From Eledone cirrhosa (Eukaryota), in the NCBI GenBank assembly GCA_964016885.1, contig OZ024743.1, positions 179,862,001 to 179,926,000 on the forward strand: a stretch of 64,000 nucleotides of DNA. Direction: 5' to 3'. Below are positions 42,041-56,220 of the stretch, piece by piece. Made by a program: the position numbers and the translations under genes. The notes beneath the pieces are model-generated. The model made no database searches. It was not told the origin of the DNA and saw nothing but the letters and a program-made list of their open reading frames with translations. How positions within the stretch are numbered: the first letter of the stretch is position 1; the number at the start of each line of letters is the position of its first letter.

Positions 42041-43644
42041 CTCATTTCGTCTTGATAGGAGACAGACATGTTTATACATTGAAAATACTTAGATTTGATC
42101 GGCGTCTGTAAAAACATCGACCTTTTGGAAATAATTCTGTTGCAAAATCCTTTATAAAATCACAAAAAGCAACAGTTTAAAAGAATAAGGGATGTGATTA
42201 ATGAGAACCGTACGAGAAAAAGCACAAGGCTCGTAAACATTAGACAAATCTATTGTCTATGCATTTCAGGATATAAAGTCCTTCAAATAAATATCGTATA
42301 ACTTTATAACTTAATAAATAGGGCTGAGGAAGAGATGTAGTCAATCAAACCAAACACACTATTTGAACAAGTATTGAACTTAAGAGAATTAAATTCATAA
42401 TAAACTACAACGATATTGGAACTCAGAACGCAAACTTAAATGATATCTGCACGAAATATAATATGGTGCCTTAACGTTTCTGACAAATCCAGCCTGACAA
42501 AAACGTAAATTTTTTAATAGTGAAAAATATTAAAAAAATTAATCTACAGTCACAGCTTAAATGTATCATAATTGAATGTATCTTGTGATTCCAAGACAAA
42601 TATTTTATTAGGAATGATTGCGTGACATATGATTGGCAGCGGTCGTACAACTGTGTTAGGTTCAAGTTCGGTGAATCTCGCGTCCCAAATAATAGGGGGG
42701 GGGGGGTAGAATAAGTGGGGTAGTTGGAATAAGCGGTGGGGGAGGAGGTGATCGGTAATTCTTCTAGGTTGTCACCGTTGATTTTCTAAAAACCAGAATT
42801 AGTTGTTTAGTTTACATATTGAGACCCAACCCACCCTATTTATTTTATAACGTATGAGATTTCTAATAATATACGTTTTTGTCATGTTTAGTGTTATTTA
42901 ATGTATAAAGAAATGTAATAGTCGCAGGAATGCTACTACTTAAAATAAAATTTGTGGGTTTTGTTTTACTCGTTTGCCGTTCGTATAAAATCTACAGAAA
43001 CAGCCCATTTGAATTAACTGTATCTTCTCATTTAATCGTATCATTTTAAAAGGAAGCAGTATCAACCTTATACCGGTTAGGATGTTCTACAACGAGAAGG
43101 GTCCTACATTAATCTCTATTAAATTCATCCAGTAAACTTCGCAGATTCTATCAATAGATACGAAGATGTACCATTATATTTAAACTTGTTGACCCCAGGG
43201 CAATGGACAGCCGTCTGTCGTGTTATACAGACCAGTTTGTGGGGAATACAATATTTGGAACACCTTCTCTTCTGAAAGATTTCCGTGAAGTCTGTGTATG
43301 TGTGCACTTGCGTGTATATATGCGTATATACGTGTGTATATATAAGTTATTATCACAGAGAAAAATTAGTTATTTGGTTGGTATTGTAAGAAACTGCATG
43401 TTGATTCCACAAAATTGGTAATTGGATAATTCGTTTAACAATGCTAGGATAATTATCTGTCATCTTTGTCTGGTCTATTGATATAACATCTATGTATTTT
43501 AAAGTATTAGATGAATTTATATTGCACAATTTCATATAACACCTGCTTTTGATAATATATTCCATTTTAATATTCATGTGAAAAGATAGACTTATTTTGT
43601 AAGGTAAAATATTTTCTTCTATGGAAAACTCTGCAAATAATGAA

Positions 43645-43912
43645 TTCTGATTTAGGCACAAGGCCAACAATTTTGAAAGAGGAGAAAGTCGATTAAATCA
43701 ATCTCAATCCATTTCTTGTACTTTATTTTAGCGACCCCGTAAGGATGAAAGGCAAAGCTAAACTCGGCGGGATATGAAATCATAACGTAAAGAACCGTAA
43801 CTATATGCCGCACAGAAAGTTGTCCGACGCACTGTTGATACTGCAAATAATGGTTTTCGATTTAAGCACAAGGCCAGCAATTTGGGGAAGGGGAAAATCG
43901 ATTAAATCGACC
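43645..43912 (-). mobile_element. Older S1-related SINE (43645-43846) plus a 3' fragment (43850-43912)
   Basis: ggcacaaggcc...gtactttatttt.gcgaccccgtaaggatgaaaggcaaag. Confidence 0.75.
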
Positions 43913-43919
43913 AGATTAG

Positions 43920-44825
43920 CATATTAGAAAAGCAAGTGTTGACAGGGTCAATCGTTAACAAGTGGTAGTGCGCACTCTAGAAAGAAATTAGAAAAGAATC
44001 ATTAGCTTTTATTGAAGACTTTGCAATAGGAAAAATAGAACAGGGAGTTGATAAACTACAGGAGGCTGTTATGAGTGGCATTGCAACTGACTTGTTAGCT
44101 ACGAGAATGTCACAAGATAATTTTCTTTTAATGTGGAATACGAAGGTTACATTGTCTGAGCGAAGGTACGCGCTCTAAGACGCGAAGTAACAAAAGCTGT
44201 TCGATAGGCGGAGCGTGGCAAAAAATCAGATGTCCGCGGCATTACAGCACCACTGTGCTCCCTCTCCCCGTTTGTTCGGAGTAAGTGGGGAGACGGAGAT
44301 CGTGTAGAACTATAGTTTCTACCTTCACGGCCTGTCGTTCTCTCGGTGGAGTGTTGCTAAAAGCGGATAACACCAGCCTAGATATGGGAAGCCCTAAGCA
44401 GATATACGAGGCGTAGATCAACCGGTGGTCTAGGTGGTCTACACTGCAAAATTTACGTAAATATAACAGACATGCTCGGCGACATCCATGCAATTGATAA
44501 CAGAACAGGTTAATTCCCAGGCAGGTATACCGAGGAGTAGTAAAACTTATTTGGGAAGATGTCAGCACGGGAGAAATAATTGAACATTTCAGGTACATAA
44601 CTCTACCTAACACAGAGAATAAGATTTTTGACAAGGTGTTAGCAACGAGGCTGCTGTTTGTCGTCAAGTGTCTAGTCGCAGAAGCAGAGCAAGTCAATAC
44701 AAAACTACCTCTACTTCATAGAATGGGTAGGGACTAAACCTGGTTTTGGCTGGTCTGGGATAAATTTAGATCAATCGAAAGCTTTCGATAGGATCGACCA
44801 TCGATTACTTGGAGGCTGTGCTGAA
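43920..44825 (+). pseudogene. Highly decayed Tx1-like ORF2 (RT region) fragment
   Basis: 44130-44185 resembles 58942-59005; 44585-44650 resembles FRPITLLNTDFKILAKVLAKRL (59483-59550); 44760-44803 resembles INLDQSKTFDRVDH (59688-59730). Confidence 0.7.
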
Positions 44826-45515
44826 GTAAATATAAATTCGACCTAGATCGATAATATAAATTCCAGGCTGTTACTGGTGACTACTAAATAATAAGACGAT
44901 ACATTCCTCAGTATTGACACACGTCGTTGTCAGAAAAGAGTATTACATACTTTAGCATTATATAATACATGTTCATAGTTATATGAATTTTTGTAGGAAT
45001 TTAGACATAAAGTTTAATAACAGTTCTATTATCCAGCAGACGTATATAAAAGTTTGTATACCACAAATATGACGTCTAAACTAAATAATACATGCGTAAA
45101 ACGGAAGGGGGAACAAAATAAAATAAAATAAAACAAAATTTAAAAACTATAAGCCTACAGGAAAGTAAATACTTGAATGAATTTCAGTTTATTGCATGTA
45201 ACTCATAGCACTATGTTTTAATATCACATCAGTATTCTAAGGAAATTATACGCAGACGAAATAAGATTCGTGTAAATGAAATGATTTGTCAAATGCGTGT
45301 AAACATATTTATTAATACTTCAATGGTTAATGTTTGAAAGGAAAATTAATAATAAACGGATTTTAAGAGAAAATTTACTATGGATGTTCTGCCAGTGGTT
45401 GTTCTTGTTGATTAAATAGGCAGGAGGCAATAGCGTAATTCAAACAACATACATGTTTGCTTATGTTTAATAACACTGGATTAATAATATTATTACATGA
45501 AATATTATTACATGA

Positions 45516-45702
45516 GGGCGGTGGATTGGCAGTATCGGTAGAAGGTCGGACGTCATGCTTTGACGCATAGAGTTACGGCCCTTATCATTCTGAGTTCAAA
45601 TCCCGCCGAGGTTAACTTTGCCTTTCATCTTTACGGGGTCGATAAAATAAAGTACCAGTAATGTAATGGGTTATTGCTGGCCTTGTGCCAAAAGTAGAAA
45701 CA
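45516..45702 (+). mobile_element. S1 SINE with 12-bp TSD attattacatga
   Basis: TSD at 45504-45515 and 45703-45714. Confidence 0.92.
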
Positions 45703-45877
45703 ATTATTACATGAAATTAAAGGAATCGAGTTGTACAGACGGTAGAAATACATAATTCATGGTTTAGAGTATTCCAAATACTTATTCTGTTTTCTGATGT
45801 ACGAAGGTCGGTTTGAAGTCATTAGTCCCCTCGTTTGAACCCAGTGTAGCATTTTTGACAAATATTATTTATTATAG

Positions 45878-46063
45878 GGCGGTGAATTGGCAGTATCGGT
45901 AGAGAGTTGGACGCCATGCTTTGACGCATAGAGTTACTGCCCTTGCCATTCTGAGTTCAAATCCCGCCGAGGTTAACTTTGCCTTTCATCCTTACGGGGT
46001 CGATAAAATAAAGTACCAGTAATGTACTGGGTAATTGCTGGCCTTGTGCTAAAAGTAGAAACA
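45878..46063 (+). mobile_element. S1 SINE with 14-bp TSD attatttattatag
   Basis: TSD at 45864-45877 and 46064-46077. Confidence 0.92.
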
Positions 46064-47670
46064 ATTATTTATTATAGACTTCCGTCGACCCTTACCATGT
46101 GAATTAAATTATGAAAACTAAAATAATTTGGAAGCCCGTTGAATGAAATTTACTTATAATTCAAAGTTTCATGCATAGTCCTCGAAAGAATTGCGTTATG
46201 GATGCACACTTCAATAATATGCTCAATGACATACACCATAGTTTCATGAGAAGCCACTTTCGTTTATCGAACACCTGGATCTCACATCGTTGAAACCGAT
46301 AAAGGTCCATTTCATTTCATTCTACTTTCCGTATTCGCAGCCTGTTAGCAAGTACTTTCCTTTCTTTGCACTATACGCGGTAGTATATCTATCAATCCGC
46401 AAATAAACATTATGTTCTTGATTACATCTATTCCCTAAATATTTCCTGCAATCTACCAATGTGTGAAATAATTAGATTTACGTATTTGAAGGCTTGTTTC
46501 AGAAATGACAGCTTCATTATATTTCAGTAATTCCATTTCCTACTCTATATTATCTTCAAATATATCACCACTGCGAAACTTTCTTTCCTAATCCCAGAGC
46601 TTCAATGAATTAATTTTCAGTAATATTCTATTGTAGTGAAGGTCTGCTCAAGTATACACAGTTGAAAATAAGTACCAGCAGTAGCTGAAGGTGTTACACT
46701 GCGATACACGGGCGTCATGTCTAGGGGGAATGCTTGTAATCTCCGTCGCTTAAATTCAAGGAAACCAAGATAAGCAGCATCCTTGAGACAATCATTAGAA
46801 TATTCGTTATTGTTTCAGTCGATTACATCACACATTCACATATATGTTAGTTTTTGTTCAATATAAGATTCTATCCTTTTATGTGAATAGAGGAAACTTG
46901 TTTCTTTCTTCAACTAGCATAATTCCTAGGAGTTAACTAATGAGGAATGAGATCCATCCTTTTCATCACTTGGGGATTGCCAAAATATGCTTCATTCAGG
47001 AACAGCGTACTCTCTAGCAACATACACAATATCTGTTTGGAGATAATGCGTGTAATTGGAAAAACAGGAGTAACATTTTGCTGCATAAACCTGTTATATC
47101 GAAAAAGCACATATGAACAACAAATATTTTTTTTTATATTCCTAACAACTAGAATTACATCGAAATAAATAATTAACCGAAAATATTTCAATGTGATTCA
47201 TTCAGCAACTAAAGTGTTCAGCTCCAGCTGATGTTACAACACAAAATCTCCGAGTAGGAATCACTGAAATACTATGCGTATGGGCAAAATTGTATGTTGT
47301 TTGAAGGCATATATAACAGGGAATTCAGGGCTGACATCTTACAAGGGATTATTTGTAATTCGGACATACTGTCTCAGGAAATCCTTGGGGATAACAGGAG
47401 GAATATTTCCAATAATATCGTTCAAATATAGTTTGAACTGTGAGAGTGTTCAGGAGCACGTTCAGGAGCTGAACAATTGGGGGGTGGGGTGGGATTCCTT
47501 CTAACAACCATGGCTGTTTGTTATCAGTTTAGTCACAAGCTTTAGTAATAACTATGAGAAATCTGGACATTTCGTGAGGATTCGCTGAACATAATTGTCC
47601 CCTTAAATGAAAAACATATATATGTAGTTATACGCAAACACAAACGCACACATACACTCACACATACACT

Positions 47671-47708
<38 letters not shown>

Positions 47709-47731
47709 GAGAGAGAGAGATGGGGAGAGAA

Positions 47732-47786
<55 letters not shown>

Positions 47787-48109
47787 TGAGAGTTTTACCG
47801 CGGAGATTTCTTATATACATGCAAATTGTGTAGCTAAACAACAGCAATAGTTCTTGAAGCAACTTGAGCTTATGGTGAATTTGTAAACGATCGGTTGGTG
47901 TCAAACATTCACGAATAATTCGTTACGGTCACCGATTAAACTACTTATATTTGAATGCGGCGAATTTTCCTATTTTTGTTGTTCATGAAAATTAGATTGT
48001 ACTAGAAATACATTATTCTGAACGTGCATAGACATGTAATGTTACATATCTACACACACTCGCGCACATGCACAATGCTCACATATATATGTTATATATA
48101 TACGCAAAT

Positions 48110-48178
<69 letters not shown>

Positions 48179-48320
48179 TAAACTTTTGTCTCTCACTCTT
48201 ACATAGCTAGTTACATAAAACATAAATATATATATATTTGTGTGTGTGTATATATATATATATGTGTGAGTGCGTGTATCTATCTATATTCCTATCTACC
48301 TATCTGCCTTATTTTAATAA

Positions 48321-48354
<34 letters not shown>

Positions 48355-48829
48355 ATGTGTGTGTATGTATGTATAAGGAAAAACAATGAAGATTCGTTTT
48401 CATGGTCTTATTGATTATCGACCTGTTATGCACGTTTAACACATGATTGGCTCCTGTTTACCTAAGGAAACTATGGACCCGATTATGTCATCGATTTGCT
48501 TGTTAGACCTGATGATTCAGCAGAAAATAGTGTGTGTATGCGTGTGTTTGTGTCTGTGCATGCGTGCGAATATTCGAAACTTAGGTCTTAAGGTCTTTGG
48601 TTCGTGTTGTGACGTTGAGAAACAAATTTTATTTCACTCACCTGGAAAACCCAATTCTGCGTGTTATTCAAACGGCCAGACTTCTCATGCGTTTAGTCAC
48701 ATGCAGCTTATCTCACGAGAATAACTTATAACTATAATCCTTAATAAGGCTACATACTTTGCTCTTAATTCCTTATATTTCCCAATAACTCTTCTGGTTC
48801 TATCAACTTTGGACTTGCTTATCATTTTA

Positions 48830-49045
48830 GGCGGATTGGCAGTATCGGTAAAGCGTCGGACAATATGTTTTATCTCATACAGTTACGTCCCTTTACCTTC
48901 TCAGTTCAAAGCCCACCGAGGTTACCTTTGCCTTGCATCCATACGGGTTGATAAAGTAAAGCATCAGTAACGCACTGAGGTTGATTTAATCGAATTTCCC
49001 TTTCCCCAAAGCTTTGGCTTTGTGTCTTAATCAGAAACCATTATT
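48830..49045 (+). mobile_element. Degenerate S1-related SINE
   Basis: gattggcagtatcggta...cagttcaaagcccaccgagg...; attttaggc on both flanks. Confidence 0.72.
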
Positions 49046-49992
49046 TTAGGCATATTTATAGTAAACAGCAAACATTATGAGAATGATATTAATATGGATG
49101 AAAAACAGCAAGATGACATCTAAGAGGACCGCAGTGAATCCGGCTCTGTTAAAGTGTTTGCTGAAATCAAGGTCCAAAACACTTGCTTTCTAAATGTTAT
49201 TCCTCTGAACTTCTTCCTGCTTACCACTAGCCACGTCGTCAGTTTCCGCCTGCAATTATTTATATTACTATCTTGCTATTGTGTCATTTATAATTCTAAA
49301 ATTAAAAAAACATCTGCTGTCATTAATCTGTATATGTTGTTGATAAGCTACTGTATGTGTGTGTAAAAGTGTACATATATTTGTTGTAACCTATTTTGAT
49401 AAGGTACTGTATCTGTATGTAAATGTTTGCTATGTAAATTGTAAACTTCGTGGATTTCTCATATATATATGTTTGGGTTAGCGGGTATATGTTCGGTCAA
49501 CGAAGTTAACAACATTCTTATTTACATTGAAATGTGTATATTACATTGAGTATATAGAGGAATTATGTACTTCGCAGCTACATGCTTTCGTAATGATGCT
49601 GAAGTTTACATTCTTACTATATTTTATTTTTTCTCAAATACACTCTGACTGTTAGTTTGTGTTGTAATACATAATCTGTTTAGATTTATGTTGCCGTTGA
49701 TGAGATATTTATACTATAACGGGTTACATTTTCGTCTATCTAATTCACTATATATTTATTCTGTTAGTTTATATTGGATATCGTATCTGTTGGATCTGTC
49801 GCTTGAATTTCGTTTTTGTAGTTTGGTATATATTTGTTTTTATTTCAGTTTCCTCTACTAACGCATTTGATCATTCGGCATTTATAGGATTTGTGTAATT
49901 ACTTTGGTTTGGTTTAGAAAAATGTCTTTCAAGACGAGAGTTGAAATATTACAAACATCTTATTACTTCGCTCTCATTATTACTGCACACAA

Positions 49993-50412
49993 GGGCGGTG
50001 GATTGGCAGTATCGGTAGAGGGTCGGACGCCATGCTTTGACGCTTAGAGTTATGGCCCTTGCCATTCTGAGTTCAAATCCCGCCGAGGTTAACTTTACCT
50101 TTCATCCTTATGGGGTCGATAAAATAAAGTACCAGTAATACACTGGGTAATTGCTGGCCTTGTGCCAAAAGTAGAACAATTATTACTGCACACAAAGGTG
50201 GTGGTTTGGTTTATTGTTAAAGAGTCGGACAATATGCTTTGCGACATATAAATATGACTCTTTGCGTTCTGCGTTCAACACACCCCCGAGTTTAGCTTTG
50301 CCCTTCATCCTTACGAAGGTCGGTAAAATAAGGTTCTCGTACCGCACTGGAGTCGATTTAATCGACTTTCTCTTCCTCTAAATCTGTTGGACCTGAACCT
50401 AAATCAGAAAAC
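49993..50412 (+). mobile_element. Young S1 SINE (49993-50178, 17-bp TSD attattactgcacacaa) directly upstream of an older related SINE (50197-50412)
   Basis: TSD at 49976-49992 and 50179-50195; the older copy is followed by attattactgcgcac. Confidence 0.88.
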
Positions 50413-51522
50413 ATTATTACTGCGCACTTATAGATATTAGTTGGAGTTTTAGTGTAAGCAGATGTGTTATATATGTTGTCTTATATTCACACATTTATAT
50501 TTAGAAATCAGGAGATTGCTGTCTGAATTTATCCTTCAACTGTGTTGAATATTGAATTTGAGTATGGAATTATTTTACAAGCCTATCATCCCCTTACGCT
50601 TCATATTTTGTATGCATGTTCTCTCTCATTCATCTTTTAATGATTCTCTCCTGGCGACTTTGGAAAATAGAAGTTTATGTGTTGCTGACGTTATCATAAT
50701 AAATCCAAAATATGTCTTAAGTGTTCTCTCTGGATTCCCTAAAAAATCAAAATATTATTATTACTAAATTGCTACAGTCGTTTTCTCTTGGTTGCATAAT
50801 TATTTCCGGCTAAATTCCTGATGTTCCCAGCATGAAATATACTAACACTACCTTAATTATAGTTTTAGGGACGGATGGTATCATTGTGTGCAATATAAAA
50901 TAGTTAAGTTATTAAACATAGTTAATATATTAAATTCAGAACGCATTAAATAAACATCTAGATGAAAAGGAAAAAAAAGATCTACTCAATGAAAATTATT
51001 TTCGTATATTCTTCAAATATATCATGTTATATTGCATATGTTTATCCATTATAAAACTTCCATTAGCCAGACATATTTTACAGTCTACTGATGAGAATAT
51101 CACTAAGGAGAATATCACTAAGCAAATTTAAACGTATGTACATTGATTTACGTAGGTACCTCATCTGCATAAAAAAACAAAAGTTAAAAGAGTGTTAATA
51201 TTGTTTATGCATTAACATCTTTTATGTATTGAGAATGAATACACTAATATATAAATAAAATATTATTATGACAGGATGATCATAATGACAGTAATGATTA
51301 GACCAGCCATCGAATTGATGTATCAACAAGGAAAGATGATTTCAAGTCCCAGCTGATGCTCATTCCATATATTTATTAAATATCCTATACATCTTATTTC
51401 CCCAACTTTTTAATATTTGATGCATTCATATAGTTGCAGTGCAGTTCACCAATAATAGATATAATTGTGCGTCTTTTGTTTCGATAATCTAACTCTCAAC
51501 ATCATATAATGAAAGATATGTT

Positions 51523-51523
51523 T

Positions 51524-51574
<51 letters not shown>

Positions 51575-51606
51575 AACAACAACAACAACAACAACAACTA
51601 CTACTA

Positions 51607-51641
<35 letters not shown>

Positions 51642-51686
51642 ACTACAACAACTACTACTACTATTATTATTATTATTATTATTATT
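51523..51686. repeat. Compound triplet microsatellite (TAC)n(AAC)n(TAC)n(TGC)n...(TAT)n at the 3' end of Dong A copy 2
   Basis: Directly visible. Confidence 0.95.
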
Positions 51687-54600
51687 GTTCTTGGAGTCTC
51701 AGTCATTGTTGTTATTTAACTAGAAAGTTTGTTGAAATGAATATCAAGCCATTACCTGCAACCTCAGATATTCAGGACGTATCGGAGGGTTATTGCTGTT
51801 CCCAGCAAGCATGCCTTTTGAAGTGTTCCAAAAAGCGGGGCTGGACTAATCTTCTTTAACCATCCCTGGAAACTCCTTGAGATAGTACCTAGTGCGCCTA
51901 TGACAATCGGGACGACTCTGACTTCATGGCAGTTCCAAATCCTTTTTACCTCCCACTTTAAGTCCTGGTATCGGTTAATTTTCTCCCTCTCCTTTTCTTG
52001 CACTCTCGTGTCAAATGGGCAGGCTACATCTACAATCAGGCACGATCTTCTTTTCTTGTCCAAAACCACCAGGTCAGGTCTATTGTGTTCCAGTTTCTTG
52101 TCCGTCTGTATCCTTAAATCCCATAGCACCTTCAACTGATCGTTTTCTAGCATCGAATCTGGCTTATCCTCATACGACTTCTCAGAATGTGGTAAATTGT
52201 TTACTTTGCATAGGTGCCAGTGGATCACCCTGCCCATCACATAATGTCGCCAGCCCTTATAGTGAGTCTGGGCTAGGTGTTTACACTCGGATACAATGTG
52301 AGCCACAGTCTCCTCTCTCTCTCCACAGATCTTGCACAGTGGGCTAGCCTCCTCCTTGTAAATATGGTGTTTCACCCACTTCCTTTTGAGAGCCTGCTCT
52401 TGCGCAGCCATTAGCATTCCTTCTGTAGCCTTTTTAAAATTTCCTCTTTTCAACCAGTTCCATATCCGTGGATCTCTAAATTCAGTTTTCTCAAAGAAGG
52501 TACTATGAAGGGATTTTTCATGAAGGTTGTTCTTCCTCCTTGTTGTTATTTCCTCATTGGACATCCCCTGGTCTATTGTCCTCTCCTTCAGTATAATTCA
52601 GAACATTGGCTCCCTACTATCAGTCACGTATTTGTGCAGGCTGTTTTTCTCCATCTGAACACAGTCCTCTATGCTGATAAGACCTCTTCCACCTTCAGAT
52701 CTCCTTAAGTAGAGTCTATCGATACCACTCCTCTTGTGGAACATGTTGTAGATAGTCAATAGCTTCCTAGTCTTCCTATCCATTTCTTCTTGTTCAGCAA
52801 CATTCCATTTCAGAATTCCCGCACTGTACCTAATAATAGACACAGCTCGGGAATTCACTGCGCTTATGGCATTCCTACTGTTCAGATGTGACTTTAATAC
52901 GCTCCTTACTCTCCTAATGTACTCAGTTCTTATCAAGTCCTTCATATTTTTGTTCTTGATGTCATCTGCCTCTAGAACACCTAAATATGTGTATCCTTCT
53001 TCAGTGTCAATTTCCTTTATCATCTCACTTGTTGGTACCTGGATTCCGTTGCTTCTGATCAATTTACCCCTCTTCATCACTAGGACTCCACACTTACTAA
53101 TACCAAATTGCATACATATATCATTGCTGAAAATACGGACAGTGTCAACAAGTTCATCCAACTCCTTCTCACTCTTCCCGAAAAGTTCAAGATTGTCCAC
53201 GAAGAGGAGGTGATTGATGGTAAGCTCTCCTTTTCACAAATAGTATCCTGCTCTCACCTTTAGTAGTATAATGGTCAGGGGTGTCAGGGCAAGGACAAAC
53301 AAAAGAGGGGACAAACTATCTCCCTGGAAGATACCTCTCTTGATCTTCACGTCTTCCAAGGATTCTCCACCAGATATTAACTCTGTTTCCCAGGACTTCA
53401 TACTTTTGCTCAACAACTGTCTGATGTTATCTGCCACCTTGAAGATCTCTAGGCTTTTGGTTATCCAAGAATGAGGTACCATGTCGAATGCCTCTTTGTA
53501 GTCTATCCATCCCATGGCAATACCAGTGTGTCTCCTCTTGCAATTCCTCATTACCATCTTATCAATAAGTAACTGGTCCTTTGTACCACGGGACTTCTTT
53601 CGGCATCCTTTCTGTTCGCCCGGTAACAAATTGTTTATGTGGAGGTGATGGTAGATTTCCTCAGACACAATGCTTGTTAACATGTGATAGGTCTACAGTT
53701 GGTAACATCATTACCCTTGATTCGGTCTTTCATTACCAGAACTGTGGTACCTTTTGTCAACCACTCTGGTACCTCACCCGACATCAATCAGTCATTGAAC
53801 ATGGTTGTCAGTTTCGGGTGGAGGGATGTTATATCTTTGATCCAATACCCCTGCACACCGTCTGGGCCTGGTGATTTCCAGTTGGTTAGTTTTTTGGCCT
53901 GCCCTTTAAGAATTTCAACTGTGATACTCAAATCAGTTTGTTGGTGTGCTTGTTCACTAATATCCTTTTGAACTGTCTCAATCCACACTGCCTGATCATT
54001 ATTTTCAACATTCTGCTCCCATATTCCTCTCCAGAATGTCTTAGCTTGTTCTGCCTCAGGGATCAAGTCGTTGCCTCTTTCTTTCCCTTCAAGCTGTCCA
54101 AACAACATCTTCTAGATGTTGTCAAACATGCGGTTCTGTCTATACTGACTGACTCTGCTCTCATATCGCCTAATCTTTGCACTCTATGTTACAATGCGTT
54201 GCTTCAGTTCCTCTATGATAATATTTAGCTTTTTCCTCCTAGTTTTGTACCTTATTTCCAGTCTATTTTTAGTGTCTATGTTTTGTAGTGTCCCATTCAG
54301 TAGGGATTCAAGCTTTCCAATGTCATTTCTCATTTCCCTGATTTGACCATTCAGTCGTTTCTTCCACCAAGGCTCTGATCTTTCTTGTTTATTGTTTCCT
54401 CTCGTTTTTATGCCAAGTAATTTCCTCACTGCATTTGCTGTTGCCTTGAGGATATTGTTGCATTGGTGAAGGTTCCTCGCTTCAAGGTATGGGATGACTT
54501 TGTTTACCTTAGCTGTTGTTTCTTTTAACTTTTTCCTGTCTACAAATCTTATGTTCATAGGTTTCCCACTATCATTGTTCATTTCATCTACCACTAATTT

Positions 54601-55265
54601 TAGGATATCAACCAAATATTGTCCTAGCCTGTCAGCATTCATTTCCTCAATGGCCGTATCTTTGTCCCAGATATTATTTATTTCAGCATTCAGATCATTG
54701 TCTGCCTCGGATGCTTCCTCCGTTCTCTCAACCTCTTCACCTTCATTTCCCACTGGCTCGTTTGCCTGGCATACTCCACTCTCTATTTCCAACCTAATCT
54801 CTCTGCTCAGTTCCTCCAGTTCCAGCTCGCTTATCCATTCATTAGTTCTTATCACCCGAGCCTGCCCGGCCAATTTTTGTCCATCTAATTTTAATAGACC
54901 AATCTCGTTCCAGATGTTATGCATCCGTTTCCTGTAGCCTTTTTCCTTGAGGTTACTCATCAGATAACATTGCATAACAGTTCTATTCAATTCTTTCGTC
55001 CAGTTGGTTCTTGTCCCTTTTCTTCTTCTTCTTCCTCCAACACTTCCTCCTACTGCTGGGCCAGGGATCATCTGCTGGGTGAGAGTCTGTCACATGACGT
55101 TCCAGTCTCCTCTTCACTGTTATTCGAACTGTTTAGGTTCGACATTTAAACACTCATATCGAGGATTGGTGAATGTATGGTTACATAACCACCGGTGATC
55201 TCATCACCCTAGTGATTTCATCACCGCCGGTGATTTTAGCATGGCACCATCACGCGGTAGACGAA
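51687..55265 (-). mobile_element. Near full-length R4/Dong-clade LINE, family A copy 2, frameshifted
   Basis: ORF pieces 54184-55071, 53788-54108, 53234-53683, 52598-53200 and 51764-52564 are closely similar to 741-3722; same 3' end aagaacaa(taa)n; 22-bp deletion in PITCLSVMCKLL; YADD-equivalent reads VDN. Confidence 0.92.
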
Positions 55266-55520
55266 CATAAATAAATAAACAAATAGATAGATGAAAACTT
55301 AAAAAAATAAACATGAGTTTCATTGTAATGTTTGAATGTCTGACTTAGTTGTTTTGTTTGTTCTCTTTTCCTTTATGTTTTCCGTTTTTCAAGGCCAGTA
55401 GCATCGGTTACTAGTGTTGTTGTTGCTGCTGTGCTGTTTTGATTTTAGCTACGTGGGAAGTAGGGATTGTTGCGTTCAAAACTTTTGAAATTTGTTTCGA
55501 CTTGTTGCTTATCATTATTA

Positions 55521-55915
55521 TTGGCAGTATCGGTAAGGGTCGGTGGATTGGCAGTATCGGTAGAGGGTCGGACGCCATGCTTTCCAGCATAGTTACGTCC
55601 CTTTACGATCTGAGTTCAAATCCCGCCGAGGTTGACTTTGCCTTTCATCCTTACGGGGTCGATAAAATAAAGTACCAGTAATGCACTGGATAATTGCTGG
55701 CCTTGTGCCTAAAGTAGAAACAATTATTATTGGCAGTATCGGTAGAGGGTCGGACGCCATGCTTTCCAGCATAGTTACGTCCCTTTACGATCTGAATTCA
55801 AATCCCTCTGGGGTTGACTTTGCCTTTCATCCTTACGGGGTCGATAAAATAAAGTACCAGTAATGCACTGGGTAATTGCTGGCCCTGCGCCAAAAAAAGT
55901 AGAAACAATTTTTAT
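55521..55915 (+). mobile_element. Two tandem S1 SINEs with a short duplicated head
   Basis: attattattggcagtatcggta at ~55514 and ~55724; S1 bodies. Confidence 0.85.
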
Positions 55916-55929
55916 TATTATATTATAGT

Positions 55930-56181
55930 TTAGATTTGACATCGTTGAAACTAAACATTTTGAGAGATGTTAGAGGTACAACCCCTATCGGGGAATTTTT
56001 CATTGTTTCAATTTTCATTTTTATTGTTTATATATATATATGTTTCTATGTCTTTTTTTTCTTTTCTTATATAAATAATAAAAATATTTACACGCACAAA
56101 ACCGACATCGTACCGTCCTGTACCGTCATGTGCCGTCTGTAATGTTTTTCTTGATGTCAGCCCTTGTGGCCAATAAAGAAA

Positions 56182-56184
<3 letters not shown>
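55930..56184 (+). mobile_element. 3'UTR-only fragment of a related Tx1-like LINE
   Basis: cccctatcggggaatttttcattgtt...cacgcacaaa...gtaccgtcctgtaccgtc...cccttgtggccaataaagaaatca(tta)n parallels 61410-61580. Confidence 0.75.
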
Positions 56185-56219
<35 letters not shown>

Positions 56220-56220
56220 T

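Noticed and set aside
51088-51123. CTGATGA box
   Set aside because: Followed by a 15-bp tandem duplication, with no stem II/GAAA/stem III.
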